Shown here one piece after another: positions 20,802-29,369 of a stretch of DNA of 41,446 nt (its first letter is position 1; the number at the start of each line of letters is the position of its first letter). This DNA is from a virus. Position numbers and translations under genes: made by a program. The DNA lies in IMG/VR virus record IMGVR_UViG_3300010403_000015, positions 1 through 41,446 of that record, one strand, 5' to 3'. The notes under the pieces are model-generated. The model searched no databases, had not been told where the DNA came from, and was given only the letters and a program-made list of their open reading frames with translations.

Positions 20802-23800
20802 TTACCGGCGTTGATACACGTCGTCGAGTGAGACGCGCGCGGCGGCCGCGGTCGCGAGAAAGTCCGGATGCCGCGCGGACGCGAAGTTGGTGATCGTGAC
20901 CGTCTGGATCACGAAGTCGTCGGTGACACTGGTCGGCGCGCCTAAATTGATGGGGACTTGCCGCCCCGCGCGCGTGTTCTGATCCCGCACGAGGTAGGTG
21001 ATCGTGACGTCCTCGGCCCCGTGGGTCGCCACGTACGCCGTCCCCAGCGCGGTCGCTTCGGTGAGCGCCAGGCGGCGATCCTGGAGCACCGCTTCCTTGA
21101 TCCCGGCGCCGCCGAAGCGCGTCGCGTACGCCGCCTGCCCCACCAGATCGTCGACGGTGACCCAGAGGTTGACGGGATCGCCTTTGAGGATGGCGAAGGC
21201 GATCGATCCCGCGCCGCTCGCCGGAATCCCGGTGAGGGCCGGCGCGGCCGTGACGGTCGAGTTGTAGCCGATCGACGCGACGATCGCGCCCGGTCCGCTC
21301 GCGGGAATGCCGGTGAGCTGGCTCCCGGTTTTCCCGGTGTACCGAATCACCTGCGTGCCGTTGCCGATGACGGCCCAGCCGCCGCCGGTCTTGAACGCGC
21401 CCGTCCCCGCGACGACGAGGGCCGTCGACCCCGCCAGCGTTTGCCCGGCGGGTTGCGCGAGCCCTGACGCGTCCGACGTCGGCACGTTGGCGCCCAGACT
21501 CCCGTCGGCCATCGTGATCGTGTAAGTCGAGGTGGTGTTGTCTGCGATCGTGGCGACGAACTTGAGTTGCGCCGCGCCGGCGGCCGACATGTACACGTTG
21601 CGGCTGGTGACGAGGGTCGCGAAGCCGATCGGAATGCCCGTGAGCGCGATCTGATTCGCGGTGGCCGTGTTCGCGACCGGCACATTCGCGCCGAGACTCG
21701 CATCGGTCACGGTGTCGGTGTAGGTCGTCGTCGTGTTGTCGGCCAGCGTCGTGACGAGTTTCAGTTGCGCGCCGCCCGCGGCCGTGCGGTAAATCTTGCG
21801 CTGCGTCACGAGCGCGCCGCCGGTCGGAATGGCGGTCAACGGGATCCGCTGCAGGTACGCCGTGTTCGTCGCCGGCGCCGCGGCGCCGAGGCTCGCGTTC
21901 GCCGTCGTGTCGGTGTAGGTCGTTGTGGCGACGGCGAGACTCGTGACGAGCTTCAAGCCCGCGCCGCCGGACCGGCGATAGAGATTCTTGCTCGTGATGT
22001 TCGCGTCGCTCGGGACCGGAATGGCGGTCAATGGCACTTGCTGCCGAGCGGCCGCGGCGACCGTGGCGGTGTTGGCCCCGGGCGGCGATCCCGCCGTGAC
22101 GGACACCGCGACCGTCTGCCCCGTCGTGCTGTTGGCGAGCCCGTAATAGCCGATCCAGGAGCCATTGACGTTGACGTACACCCGCTTGGACGTCACGTTG
22201 CCGTCGGACGAGACCGGTAAGCCCGTGACGAGAATGTGCCGGGGTTGCGTGGGATGGTTGGAGGCGATCGCCACGACCGTGTTACTCGCGGCGCCTGGCG
22301 TCGTTTCCCCGGCGCCGCCGAGGTACGTCTCCACCACGTACACCGCATCGCCCACCGCAAAGACGCTCGTCGAGTTCGTGGGATCCGTCGAGTTCGCGGC
22401 GGATCCGCTGCCGCTCGGCGCACTGATGGTGTACGCGCCCGTGGTCGACGTCGTCACCTGCCCACTGATCGGACTCGGCGTGGTTTCCCCGATGCTCGTC
22501 ACGTAGGTGATCGCGTAGTCGTGAGGGCCGTCGTCGACCCCTGATCCGCTCGTCGGGGTCCCTGGGGTCGGCGCGCTCGCCGGCGCCGTCGTCAGGCCCG
22601 TCGCTTTCGTGACACTCGCCCCGGCCGTCGTCTCGCCGCTCGACGTGACGAACGTCACCGCGTAGTCGTGACTCCCGGCGTTCGGCCCCGTGCCGATCGT
22701 GGGCGTCCCCGCGGCCGGCGCATCCGTCGGCGCCGCGACGACGCCCACCGTGATCGCCGCCGTCGGCCCCGGCAGACTTTCGCCCGCGGCCGTGACAAAG
22801 GTGATCGCGATCAGGTGCGCGCCGTCCGTCACGCCCGCCCCGCCTGCCAAGGTCGCCACGGGGGGACTCGACGGCGCCGCGCCGGTGCCCACCAAGCCGC
22901 CGCCGCCGCCCAGATCCCGCCCGGTGTAGGTGATGTGCGTCGGCCCTTGCGGGCCGCTCTTCACGGTGCCGCCGGTCTCCTGATACCACTCGGCGTTGGT
23001 GACCGGCAGGATCGTCTCCCCCGCCGCGACGGCCGCGAACGCGTCGCCGCCGCCGGCCTCCACATAGACGCGCGTGATCCAGGGACTCGGGTCGCGCGCG
23101 ACGGCGAACGATTCGAGTGAATGCCCGCCCTGCGCCGTGATCGGTTGGACGGTGTTCAAGACCGTCGGCGCCGTCCCGCTCGTGTCCGCGGTCGGGAAGA
23201 GCCGCACGACCTTGTGATAGTCACACTTCCAATCGCCCGTCGCCGATCCGCGCTTCACCAGGCGCGCGAGGACCGCGGGGAGCGGTTCGTTGGTGGCCGT
23301 GAATTCGTCGATGTCGGCAAAGCCCGTTTCGACGACGCAGGTGTAGCCCGGCGCGTAGGTCGCGATCAGCTCGGCGGCGATCGCCGCGACGGTCGTGTAC
23401 CAGCGGCCCGTCACGAGCAGGGCCTGCAGGCCCCACGTGTAGTCGATGCAGGACGCGGAGAAGACCCGATTGGCCGGCGTGCCGACGTAACTTTGCGTGG
23501 TCGGCAGCACCGTGCCGGCGAAGATCCGATCGAGATTATTTTGCGAGCCGAGCGTGATCACGACGTCGGTGCCGCCGGTCAGCGTGAAGCCTTTCGCGCG
23601 GAACGTGGCGCGGCTCGGCTCCTGGCCGTTCACGTCCGTGATCGCGAGCGAGTCGTCCAGGATCAGCTCGGTGGCGACCGCGCGCGCCGTCGCGTAGTGC
23701 ACGCCGGCGAGCGCCACGAACACCTTCGACGAGTGATAGTTCGATCGGGTCGCGCCGGACCGCATCACGCCGGCGAGCGCATAGAGCGGCACGCGCACGC

Positions 23801-23894
23801 CCTGCAGGAGCGGCCAGCCCGATCGCCCGGCGCCGGACCGCAGGATCCCGGCCCGGGCCGACGTGATCGCGAGGTCCGTGCCGGAGATGCCCAT
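20802..23894 (-). CDS. Large tail tip/host-specificity protein (1030 aa): Dit/gpJ-like ends with two internal tandem-repeat families
   Basis: The junction with the tape measure gene is TAAATG. N-terminal (~1-330) and C-terminal (~900-1030) tail-component-like segments flank G.H.YA.T[FY]VT..GET repeats and [IL]P/LTxIP...YR...G...LK.V...DNTT..YTD repeats. Confidence 0.8.
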   Translation of the reverse strand: MGISGTDLAITSARAGILRSGAGRSGWPLLQGVRVPLYALAGVMRSGATRSNYHSSKVFVALAGVHYATARAVATELILDDSLAITDVNGQEPSRATFRAKGFTLTGGTDVVITLGSQNNLDRIFAGTVLPTTQSYVGTPANRVFSASCIDYTWGLQALLVTGRWYTTVAAIAAELIATYAPGYTCVVETGFADIDEFTATNEPLPAVLARLVKRGSATGDWKCDYHKVVRLFPTADTSGTAPTVLNTVQPITAQGGHSLESFAVARDPSPWITRVYVEAGGGDAFAAVAAGETILPVTNAEWYQETGGTVKSGPQGPTHITYTGRDLGGGGGLVGTGAAPSSPPVATLAGGAGVTDGAHLIAITFVTAAGESLPGPTAAITVGVVAAPTDAPAAGTPTIGTGPNAGSHDYAVTFVTSSGETTAGASVTKATGLTTAPASAPTPGTPTSGSGVDDGPHDYAITYVTSIGETTPSPISGQVTTSTTGAYTISAPSGSGSAANSTDPTNSTSVFAVGDAVYVVETYLGGAGETTPGAASNTVVAIASNHPTQPRHILVTGLPVSSDGNVTSKRVYVNVNGSWIGYYGLANSTTGQTVAVSVTAGSPPGANTATVAAAARQQVPLTAIPVPSDANITSKNLYRRSGGAGLKLVTSLAVATTTYTDTTANASLGAAAPATNTAYLQRIPLTAIPTGGALVTQRKIYRTAAGGAQLKLVTTLADNTTTTYTDTVTDASLGANVPVANTATANQIALTGIPIGFATLVTSRNVYMSAAGAAQLKFVATIADNTTSTYTITMADGSLGANVPTSDASGLAQPAGQTLAGSTALVVAGTGAFKTGGGWAVIGNGTQVIRYTGKTGSQLTGIPASGPGAIVASIGYNSTVTAAPALTGIPASGAGSIAFAILKGDPVNLWVTVDDLVGQAAYATRFGGAGIKEAVLQDRRLALTEATALGTAYVATHGAEDVTITYLVRDQNTRAGRQVPINLGAPTSVTDDFVIQTVTITNFASARHPDFLATAAAARVSLDDVYQRR

Positions 23895-25550
23895 TTAGAG
23901 GACCTGCCCGCGACTGCGCGCGTCGTCGACGAGCGCCTGCTTGACGACCCGCGCGAGGTCGTACGAGGTCCCGAGGAGGTTGCCGGCGACGTGGACGTGG
24001 ACGACGGTGCCGCCGCCGCCCCGCGATCCGCTCGGATAGATGTCCGCGCCCGGCGGCACGTACATGGTTTCGGCGCCGCGCTCGCCCACGGTCGACCACC
24101 CGCCCGGCGCGTTGCGGACACCCGCCGCGTAGTGGAAGAAGACGCCCGACGGCCCCCCATACAACCCGGGGTTGGGGTTGTGGGCGGGCGGGGCGCCCAT
24201 GTAGGCGGGCGTCGGCGTGCCGCCGGAGCCGGCGCCCGTCCCGAACGGGCCCGACACGCCCCACGCGCCGGGATTGCTGTCGCGATCGGTGCCCCACCCG
24301 GCCGGCACGTTCGAGGCCGCGGGGGCCGCGATCGGCGCCTGCCCGGCCATGATGCGCTCGATGTTCTGCTCGAGCAGGGAGGTCGACGCGAGGATGTGCG
24401 CGGCTTTCTTGTCCGCCAGCGCCATGATCGCTTGCGCCGTGCGGGCGTTCTGCTCTTCGGATCCTTTGAGGGCGCGCACTTCGGCGTCGGCGGTTTCGCG
24501 AATCTTCAGGATTTGATAGTCGGCCGTGCTCAGGGTGCTCTGTCGCACGAAATCCTGCAGCGCGGCGGTCGCCGACCGCTCTTCGCCCAGCCCGGCCAGC
24601 ACGGTCGCGTTGACGTCCGCGAGCTTCTTTTTTCGCTGCTCGGCGTCCGCGTCGCGGTGCTTCCAGCCTTCGTGGATGAGCATCACCTCGAGATCGAACG
24701 CGGCGGTCTGGGCCTTCATCTCGTCGTCGAGCCAGACTTTCAGCGCGGCCGCGCGCTCCTTCTCGGCCGTCTCGCGATCCTTCGTCGCTTTGGTGGCGGC
24801 CTGCGTGCGATTGATGTACGTCTCGATGACCTGCACGGTCGTGTGCGTGAACGCGGCGATCTTGTCGTGGCTGGTCCCGAGCGCGAGGCCCGCGTCAATA
24901 TCCTTGCGCTGCGCGTCGGTGAGCTTCGAGACGGCGGCTTCGGCTGCGGCGAGCTGCGCGGTGAGGGGCCCGAGGTTGGTGCGCGCCGCTTCGGCGTTGT
25001 GGTCCTTGAGCCACTTCGTCATCAACTCGAGCGCTTGCGCGGCACTGGTCGCGCGCACGCCTGTTTTTTCGAACGCCAACTGAATCGCGTCCGCCTGCGC
25101 GCCGGCGGCTTCCTTCGACGCGTCCTTGAACCCGAGCAGGCTGGTCCAGGCTTTCGCCACCGCGCCGTCGAGTTGGAAAAACTCCATCACGCCGCGCGTG
25201 ATGTTCCAGGCCGCCATCCCGACGCCGATCGCGAGCCCCGCCGACGCGACCATCCCCATGCCGCCCGCGCCCTGCTTCGCCGCCTCCCCCAACTCGCCCA
25301 GTCCGCGAATCTGCGGGCCGAGGTGAATCCCGACCGACGCGAGGATCCCGTCGAAGGACTCCATCGCGCCCTTCAGGCCCGTCACGTGCGTGCCCGCGGT
25401 CTGCACGGTCGTCGCCATCGGCGCGATCGCGGCCGTGACGGACTTGGCCGCGCCTTCGACGCGCGCGATCTCGACGGCGCCTTCTTTCATCTTGGCCGTG
25501 AGGTCGTCGATGTTGCCTTTGACGGCGACGATCAGCGCGGGATTGGCCAT
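23895..25550 (-). CDS. Tape measure protein (551 aa)
   Basis: It lies after the chaperone genes. Ala/Gln/Lys-rich helical body, hydrophobic segment GMGMVASAGLAIGVGMAAW, and a Gly/Pro-rich C-terminus. Confidence 0.85.
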   Translation of the reverse strand: MANPALIVAVKGNIDDLTAKMKEGAVEIARVEGAAKSVTAAIAPMATTVQTAGTHVTGLKGAMESFDGILASVGIHLGPQIRGLGELGEAAKQGAGGMGMVASAGLAIGVGMAAWNITRGVMEFFQLDGAVAKAWTSLLGFKDASKEAAGAQADAIQLAFEKTGVRATSAAQALELMTKWLKDHNAEAARTNLGPLTAQLAAAEAAVSKLTDAQRKDIDAGLALGTSHDKIAAFTHTTVQVIETYINRTQAATKATKDRETAEKERAAALKVWLDDEMKAQTAAFDLEVMLIHEGWKHRDADAEQRKKKLADVNATVLAGLGEERSATAALQDFVRQSTLSTADYQILKIRETADAEVRALKGSEEQNARTAQAIMALADKKAAHILASTSLLEQNIERIMAGQAPIAAPAASNVPAGWGTDRDSNPGAWGVSGPFGTGAGSGGTPTPAYMGAPPAHNPNPGLYGGPSGVFFHYAAGVRNAPGGWSTVGERGAETMYVPPGADIYPSGSRGGGGTVVHVHVAGNLLGTSYDLARVVKQALVDDARSRGQVL

Positions 25551-25954
25551 CAGGCCGCCTCAGCCTGATCCCCGAGCCCGACCTCGGCGATCGCGGCCTC
25601 GAGCGCCTCGAGCGCGCGGCGCGTGCCCGGCCCTTCCTCGAGCTGCGCCGACACGAAGAGGAACGGCTTCGCGCTCATGTGGACGGTCCCGAATTCGAGA
25701 AATCTACCGATGTAGTTGCGCGCGGCGCCGACCATCACGACGTAGCCCGTTTTGTCGTAGGACTCCTGCACCGCGATCGCGTCGCCGGTCTTGCCGGTGC
25801 GGCGCCGGATGCGGCCCTGCGCTTCGCGCGCGATGGCGTCGGCCGTCTCCTTGAAGCTGACCTTCAGGTGCGCCGCGCACACGTCGGGAAAGTGCGTCAG
25901 CACGCCGAGCACCGCGGCCGCGTCGACGCGCACGATCAGGGCGGGGTTAGGCAT
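25550..25954 (-). CDS. HK97 gp10-family head-tail joining protein (134 aa) in an unusual position
   Basis: Internal ATG 25954. RRRTGKTGDAI ... YIGRFLEFGTVHMSAKPFL matches the gp10-family TG..R/..EFGT...A.PFL pattern. TGATG overlap with the tape measure start. Confidence 0.7.
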   Translation of the reverse strand: MPNPALIVRVDAAAVLGVLTHFPDVCAAHLKVSFKETADAIAREAQGRIRRRTGKTGDAIAVQESYDKTGYVVMVGAARNYIGRFLEFGTVHMSAKPFLFVSAQLEEGPGTRRALEALEAAIAEVGLGDQAEAA

Positions 25955-26701
25955 GGGTCTCGATCTCTTCCTGTGCGAGTTCGTGTTCGATGGTTTTCGC
26001 CATGATGCGCAGCTCGGAGGACTGCCAGCCTTTCGGATCCGCCTGGTTCGCGACGTACGCGTCCGCGTAGCGCCGATACTCAATCACCTGCTGGAGAAAC
26101 CCGACCGGGAGCCGCTGGAGTTCCGCCCACGCCTGCGACGGGAGACAGGAGAACTCGTCGCACAGAATCCCGATGAACCGCTCGAAGGGCTGCGGCCCGG
26201 CCCCGTCGAGGGCCCGGTGCAGGACCGTCAGTCGCTTTTTTTTTCAACCTCCACGTCCTGCACGGTCGTGTGGAACAGCGCGGGCTTGGTCAGTGTGAGG
26301 ACGGCGCGCGCGATGAAGTCGACGGCCTCGTCGTCGAGATCCTCAACCGCGTCGATGACGCTGATGGCCGTGGTCCCGGTCGATGTCGTCGTGATCTGTT
26401 TGATCGGCAGCGGATACGACCAGCTCACGAGCCCCGATCGCACCAGCGCGTAGCGGTCGTAGCCGAGCAGCGGATCCGCGATCGCGTGCTGGACGTCCGG
26501 ATCGGACGCGCCGAATTCGAGCATGCGGCGCAACGTCGCCGGCCAGGCGCGCGCGCTGCCGCTCGCGACGTTGCCCCGGTGCGCCTCCGCCGCGGCCTCG
26601 ATCTCGCGCCCGGTCAGTCGTCGCACGGTGACGGTGTGCGGCGGATCGAACGGGAGCGGGATCGGATCGCTCTGCGTCTGGCTGGCGAACGGGCTACCCA
26701 T
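25947..26701 (-). CDS. Tail assembly chaperone GT-like fusion made by a -1 frameshift at 26236-26244 (about 251 aa)
   Basis: The -1 frame opens at the slip site and stays open for 96 codons (KRLTVLHRALDG...EEIETHA) to TAA 25947-25949. That 276-nt stretch has no start-containing ORF of its own. Confidence 0.7.
26228..26701 (-). CDS. Tail assembly chaperone, G-like (157 aa)
   Basis: It lies between the tube genes and the tape measure, has an acidic C-terminus, and ends just after an A9 slippery run. Confidence 0.75.
   Translation of the reverse strand: MGSPFASQTQSDPIPLPFDPPHTVTVRRLTGREIEAAAEAHRGNVASGSARAWPATLRRMLEFGASDPDVQHAIADPLLGYDRYALVRSGLVSWSYPLPIKQITTTSTGTTAISVIDAVEDLDDEAVDFIARAVLTLTKPALFHTTVQDVEVEKKSD
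26236..26244 (-). promoter_or_regulatory. Slippery run A9 (GAA AAA AAA AGC in frame 0; heptamer A AAA AAA)
   Basis: Read directly as ttttttttt on the + strand, two codons before the G stop. Confidence 0.75.
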
Positions 26702-26705
26702 CGGC

Positions 26706-27131
26706 CTACGACCAGGCGCCCGAGTTCTGACAGAGCTTCGCCTTGAAGTGCGTCAGCTTCCCGCTCTGCCCCAGCACTTCGTATTCCATCAGGTAGCCTT
26801 CCGACGTCCACGTCTTGCTGTTGCCGAAGACGATCGCGAGCGTGCGCGTCGCGTCCTGCGGCCCGTCGTCGGGCGCGAGGAAGACCGTGTGCGGCCCCGT
26901 CGTCGCCGTGTCGTCCCAGTGCCCGTCGAGATCGACATCCGCGATCTCGAGGAGGCCCGTCGGCAGCTTCGCCATCACGGTGGCGCCGTAGGGGGTGTTG
27001 GGATCGAACTGCGACGTGAGCTTGATGCCGCCCATGTTCAGGACGAAGGCCGTGATGATCCGCGGCGTCCCGCCCGGGCCATCGTCGTACGTGATCGTGA
27101 TTTCACTCGAGCCATGTTTACCGGCCGCCAT
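26706..27131 (-). CDS. Tail-tube-like paralog (141 aa)
   Basis: AAGGAG precedes ATG 27131. It aligns by eye with residues ~45-135 of the 324-aa tube protein (GLLEIADVDLDGHWDDTATTGPH vs GLLQLTVTQGGAFFDDATTGAH; EYEVLGQSGKLT vs TYEVLSKIGKLT). Confidence 0.7.
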   Translation of the reverse strand: MAAGKHGSSEITITYDDGPGGTPRIITAFVLNMGGIKLTSQFDPNTPYGATVMAKLPTGLLEIADVDLDGHWDDTATTGPHTVFLAPDDGPQDATRTLAIVFGNSKTWTSEGYLMEYEVLGQSGKLTHFKAKLCQNSGAWS

Positions 27132-27140
27132 AAATTCTCC

Positions 27141-28115
27141 TTAGAGTCGTGCGAACGCCACCACCGGCGTGAACGACCCACTGCCCGTCACATCGCGCGT
27201 GTACCGCGTGTAGCGATCGACCGTGCCGGTCGCGGTCTTCCGTTCCGCGCCCGGCGCCGTGGTCACGTTGGTGAACGTGATCAAATCCGCCCAGGTGCTG
27301 TCGTCCGGCGAGTGCTGAATCTTCCCGACGACGCCAGTGAAGGTGGCGTACGCGCTGACCGCCTGGATCCCGGCGCCGCCGTTCACGGTGCTCGCGCACA
27401 CGAACGATCCGCCGGTGCCCGCGCCGGTCGACGCCGACGTGTTCACGTTGACGCTGAACGTCGTCGTCGAGATCACCGTGACGGCCAGGTCGCTGTTGAT
27501 CGCCGGCCCCGCCAAGGTGTTGTTGGTGATCAGGACTTTCTGGCCCGTCGTCAGCCCGTGCGGCACGGTCGTCGTCACCACGCACGGATTCGCTTTCGTC
27601 GCCGACGTGATCGGGATCGCGCGCTGCGCCGTATTGACGGTGTAATCGACCGAGGCGCCGTCGCCGTCGGCCGTGAGCGCGGTCTGGACCTGGAGCAGCA
27701 CGCCGCGATCGAGCGCCCCGGTGACCTCATAGGTGACGTTCGCTTTCGTGAGCTTGCCGATTTTGCTGAGGACCTCATACGTCGACGCGTAGAGCCCGGC
27801 GGCCCCGACACACGGCTGCCCGATCGTGTTCCCGGCGAACGCGGCGATCAGCGTCCGACTGACCTGCGTGGCGCCCGCCGGCGACAGGAGCGCGTGCGCG
27901 CCGGTCGTCGCATCGTCGAAAAACGCGCCGCCCTGCGTCACTGTCAGCTGCAGCAGCCCGACCGGCGCTTTGGCCCGGACGCTGTCGCCGAGCCCGTGCG
28001 AGGGCTCGAAGATCGACGCGACCTTGTGCGTCACCGTCTGCACCTTCGCGGCGAGCAGGTCGTACCCGTCCACACTGAGCACCGCGAAGGACGCCGATCC
28101 GACTTTGCCGCTCAT
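27141..28115 (-). CDS. Major tail (tube) protein with an inserted ~70-aa module (324 aa)
   Basis: Assigned by position upstream of the chaperone. The C-terminal KIQHSPDDSTWADLITF pattern is typical of tube proteins. The insert spans about residues 167-236. Confidence 0.65.
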   Translation of the reverse strand: MSGKVGSASFAVLSVDGYDLLAAKVQTVTHKVASIFEPSHGLGDSVRAKAPVGLLQLTVTQGGAFFDDATTGAHALLSPAGATQVSRTLIAAFAGNTIGQPCVGAAGLYASTYEVLSKIGKLTKANVTYEVTGALDRGVLLQVQTALTADGDGASVDYTVNTAQRAIPITSATKANPCVVTTTVPHGLTTGQKVLITNNTLAGPAINSDLAVTVISTTTFSVNVNTSASTGAGTGGSFVCASTVNGGAGIQAVSAYATFTGVVGKIQHSPDDSTWADLITFTNVTTAPGAERKTATGTVDRYTRYTRDVTGSGSFTPVVAFARL

Positions 28116-28312
28116 ACCGTCAACCCTTCGAAGTCACAGCCGCAGGTCCGACACACGTCGTGCACGTCGGGGCCGAAGCCGCCCGATCGCTCGCGCCGCG
28201 TCTCATCGCCGGGCGGACTCGGCGTCCCGCACCGCGGACAGCGCAGATCCTCGAGCGACGCGCGCGCCGGCTTCCCGGACGGATCGACGATCACCCGGGC
28301 CTGGTCCGTCAT
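28112..28312 (-). CDS. Small zinc-ribbon protein (66 aa)
   Basis: Internal ATG 28312 is in an ATGA overlap. Cysteine pairs are CPRCG ... CRTCGC. Confidence 0.55.
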   Translation of the reverse strand: MTDQARVIVDPSGKPARASLEDLRCPRCGTPSPPGDETRRERSGGFGPDVHDVCRTCGCDFEGLTV

Positions 28313-28926
28313 CGCGGCACCGTTTGCGGCGGCGTCGTCGGGAGCAGCGTCCCCGCCGGCGACGGGACATAGATCACCTGCGGCGCCGCCGGCGCGGCGG
28401 TCCCGAACAGCTTCGGCCCAATCACCAGCAACGATCCGAGGAGCATCACGACGGCGAGGAGCGCCGCCCAGCTCGCGCTGATCCCGTCGCCCTTCCCTTT
28501 GCCGAGGGCCTGCCCTTCCTTCACGGAGGCGAGCTCGGTCCGCAGGTTCTTCAGCTCGTTGTCGACCTCGATCCGCCCGGCGAATTTGACTTCCCGGTCC
28601 TGCATCGCCGCGCGCCATTCGTTCGCGTTCTCGCGCCACTTCTCGGCGTTCTGATCGGATTTCCCGATCGCTTTTTCTGACGCCGCGAACGCGGCATCGA
28701 CGCCGGTCTGCGCCGCCTTGAGCGCGGCCTCGACGGCTTTCTGGCGCGCGGTGTCGCGGTCCGTGTAGAGCGCGTCCTTCTCCCGCACGAGCTCGAGGAT
28801 CGCCGTCGTTTTCGTGTCGACCAGGTCGCGGTACCGGCTGTCTTTCTCCTCGAGGAGCGCGTGCAGCCCCGCGACCTCCGCGAGGAGGACTTCTTTCAGC
28901 GCGGCGATCGATTCGTCAGGCGTCAT
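28309..28926 (-). CDS. Coiled-coil protein with a C-terminal transmembrane anchor (205 aa)
   Basis: ATGA overlaps at both ends. Long helical region (…NAEKWRENANEWRAAMQDRE…), then ISASWAALLAVVMLLGSLLVIGPKLF and a Pro-rich tail. Confidence 0.7.
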   Translation of the reverse strand: MTPDESIAALKEVLLAEVAGLHALLEEKDSRYRDLVDTKTTAILELVREKDALYTDRDTARQKAVEAALKAAQTGVDAAFAASEKAIGKSDQNAEKWRENANEWRAAMQDREVKFAGRIEVDNELKNLRTELASVKEGQALGKGKGDGISASWAALLAVVMLLGSLLVIGPKLFGTAAPAAPQVIYVPSPAGTLLPTTPPQTVPR

Positions 28927-29369
28927 GCCGCGCTCTCACAGGCAAACAGATCCCAGATCGTCACGAGCTCGCGCACCTTGATGCCGTTCAGTTCTTCAAA
29001 CGGCAGCGGGATCTCGTCGAGCGGCCTCCCGATCACCGGGAGGTCGTAGCCGACCACGGTGGGCGCGCTGAATTTCACGAGCCGGATCGCCTCGCGCATG
29101 ATCCGCTGCGCTTCCGCCATCGTGGTCGCCGTCGAGAACACATGGAGCCGCAGCTCGATCTGCGTCACGTCGAGGCCCTGGCCGAAGCCGCTGAGGTCAT
29201 GCCCGCTCAGCTCGTACCAGAGAAACGGAAACGTCGGACTCGCCGGCGGGTTGTCGGTGATGCCGCCGATGCAGCCGGCGTACGTCGGATAGGCGCCCTT
29301 CAAGCTGGTGACGTTCAACAGCGTGAAGAGGCCGACCGACACGGGCCCGAGCGGCGACTGATTCGCCAT
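28923..29369 (-). CDS. DUF3168-like tail completion/terminator protein (148 aa)
   Basis: Internal ATG 29369 is in a TGATG overlap. Size, position and the LFTLLN...YPTYAG...FPFLWYEL...IELRLHVFS pattern support the call. Confidence 0.55.
   Translation of the reverse strand: MANQSPLGPVSVGLFTLLNVTSLKGAYPTYAGCIGGITDNPPASPTFPFLWYELSGHDLSGFGQGLDVTQIELRLHVFSTATTMAEAQRIMREAIRLVKFSAPTVVGYDLPVIGRPLDEIPLPFEELNGIKVRELVTIWDLFACESAA

Noticed and set aside
21465-22877. A diversity-generating retroelement acting on the repeated tail-protein segments.
   Set aside because: No reverse transcriptase gene exists anywhere in the genome. The repeats are diverged protein-level duplications rather than a template/variable pair differing at adenines.
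23121-25568. Very long + strand ORFs antisense to structural genes (815 aa here; also 38423-40345, 32471-34474, 26523-28481, 17372-18754, 75-1193 and 35675-36802).
   Set aside because: Their translations are Arg/Gly/Ala/Pro-rich low-complexity strings with no motifs. Each lies opposite a minus-strand gene with clear family signatures and RBS-coupled starts. Open antisense frames are expected at this GC content.
25524-25954. The gp10-like protein and the tape measure begin with nearly the same decapeptide (MPNPALIVRV and MANPALIVAV).
   Set aside because: The match is too short to establish duplication and may simply reflect a common beta-strand start. It is noted only as a curiosity.
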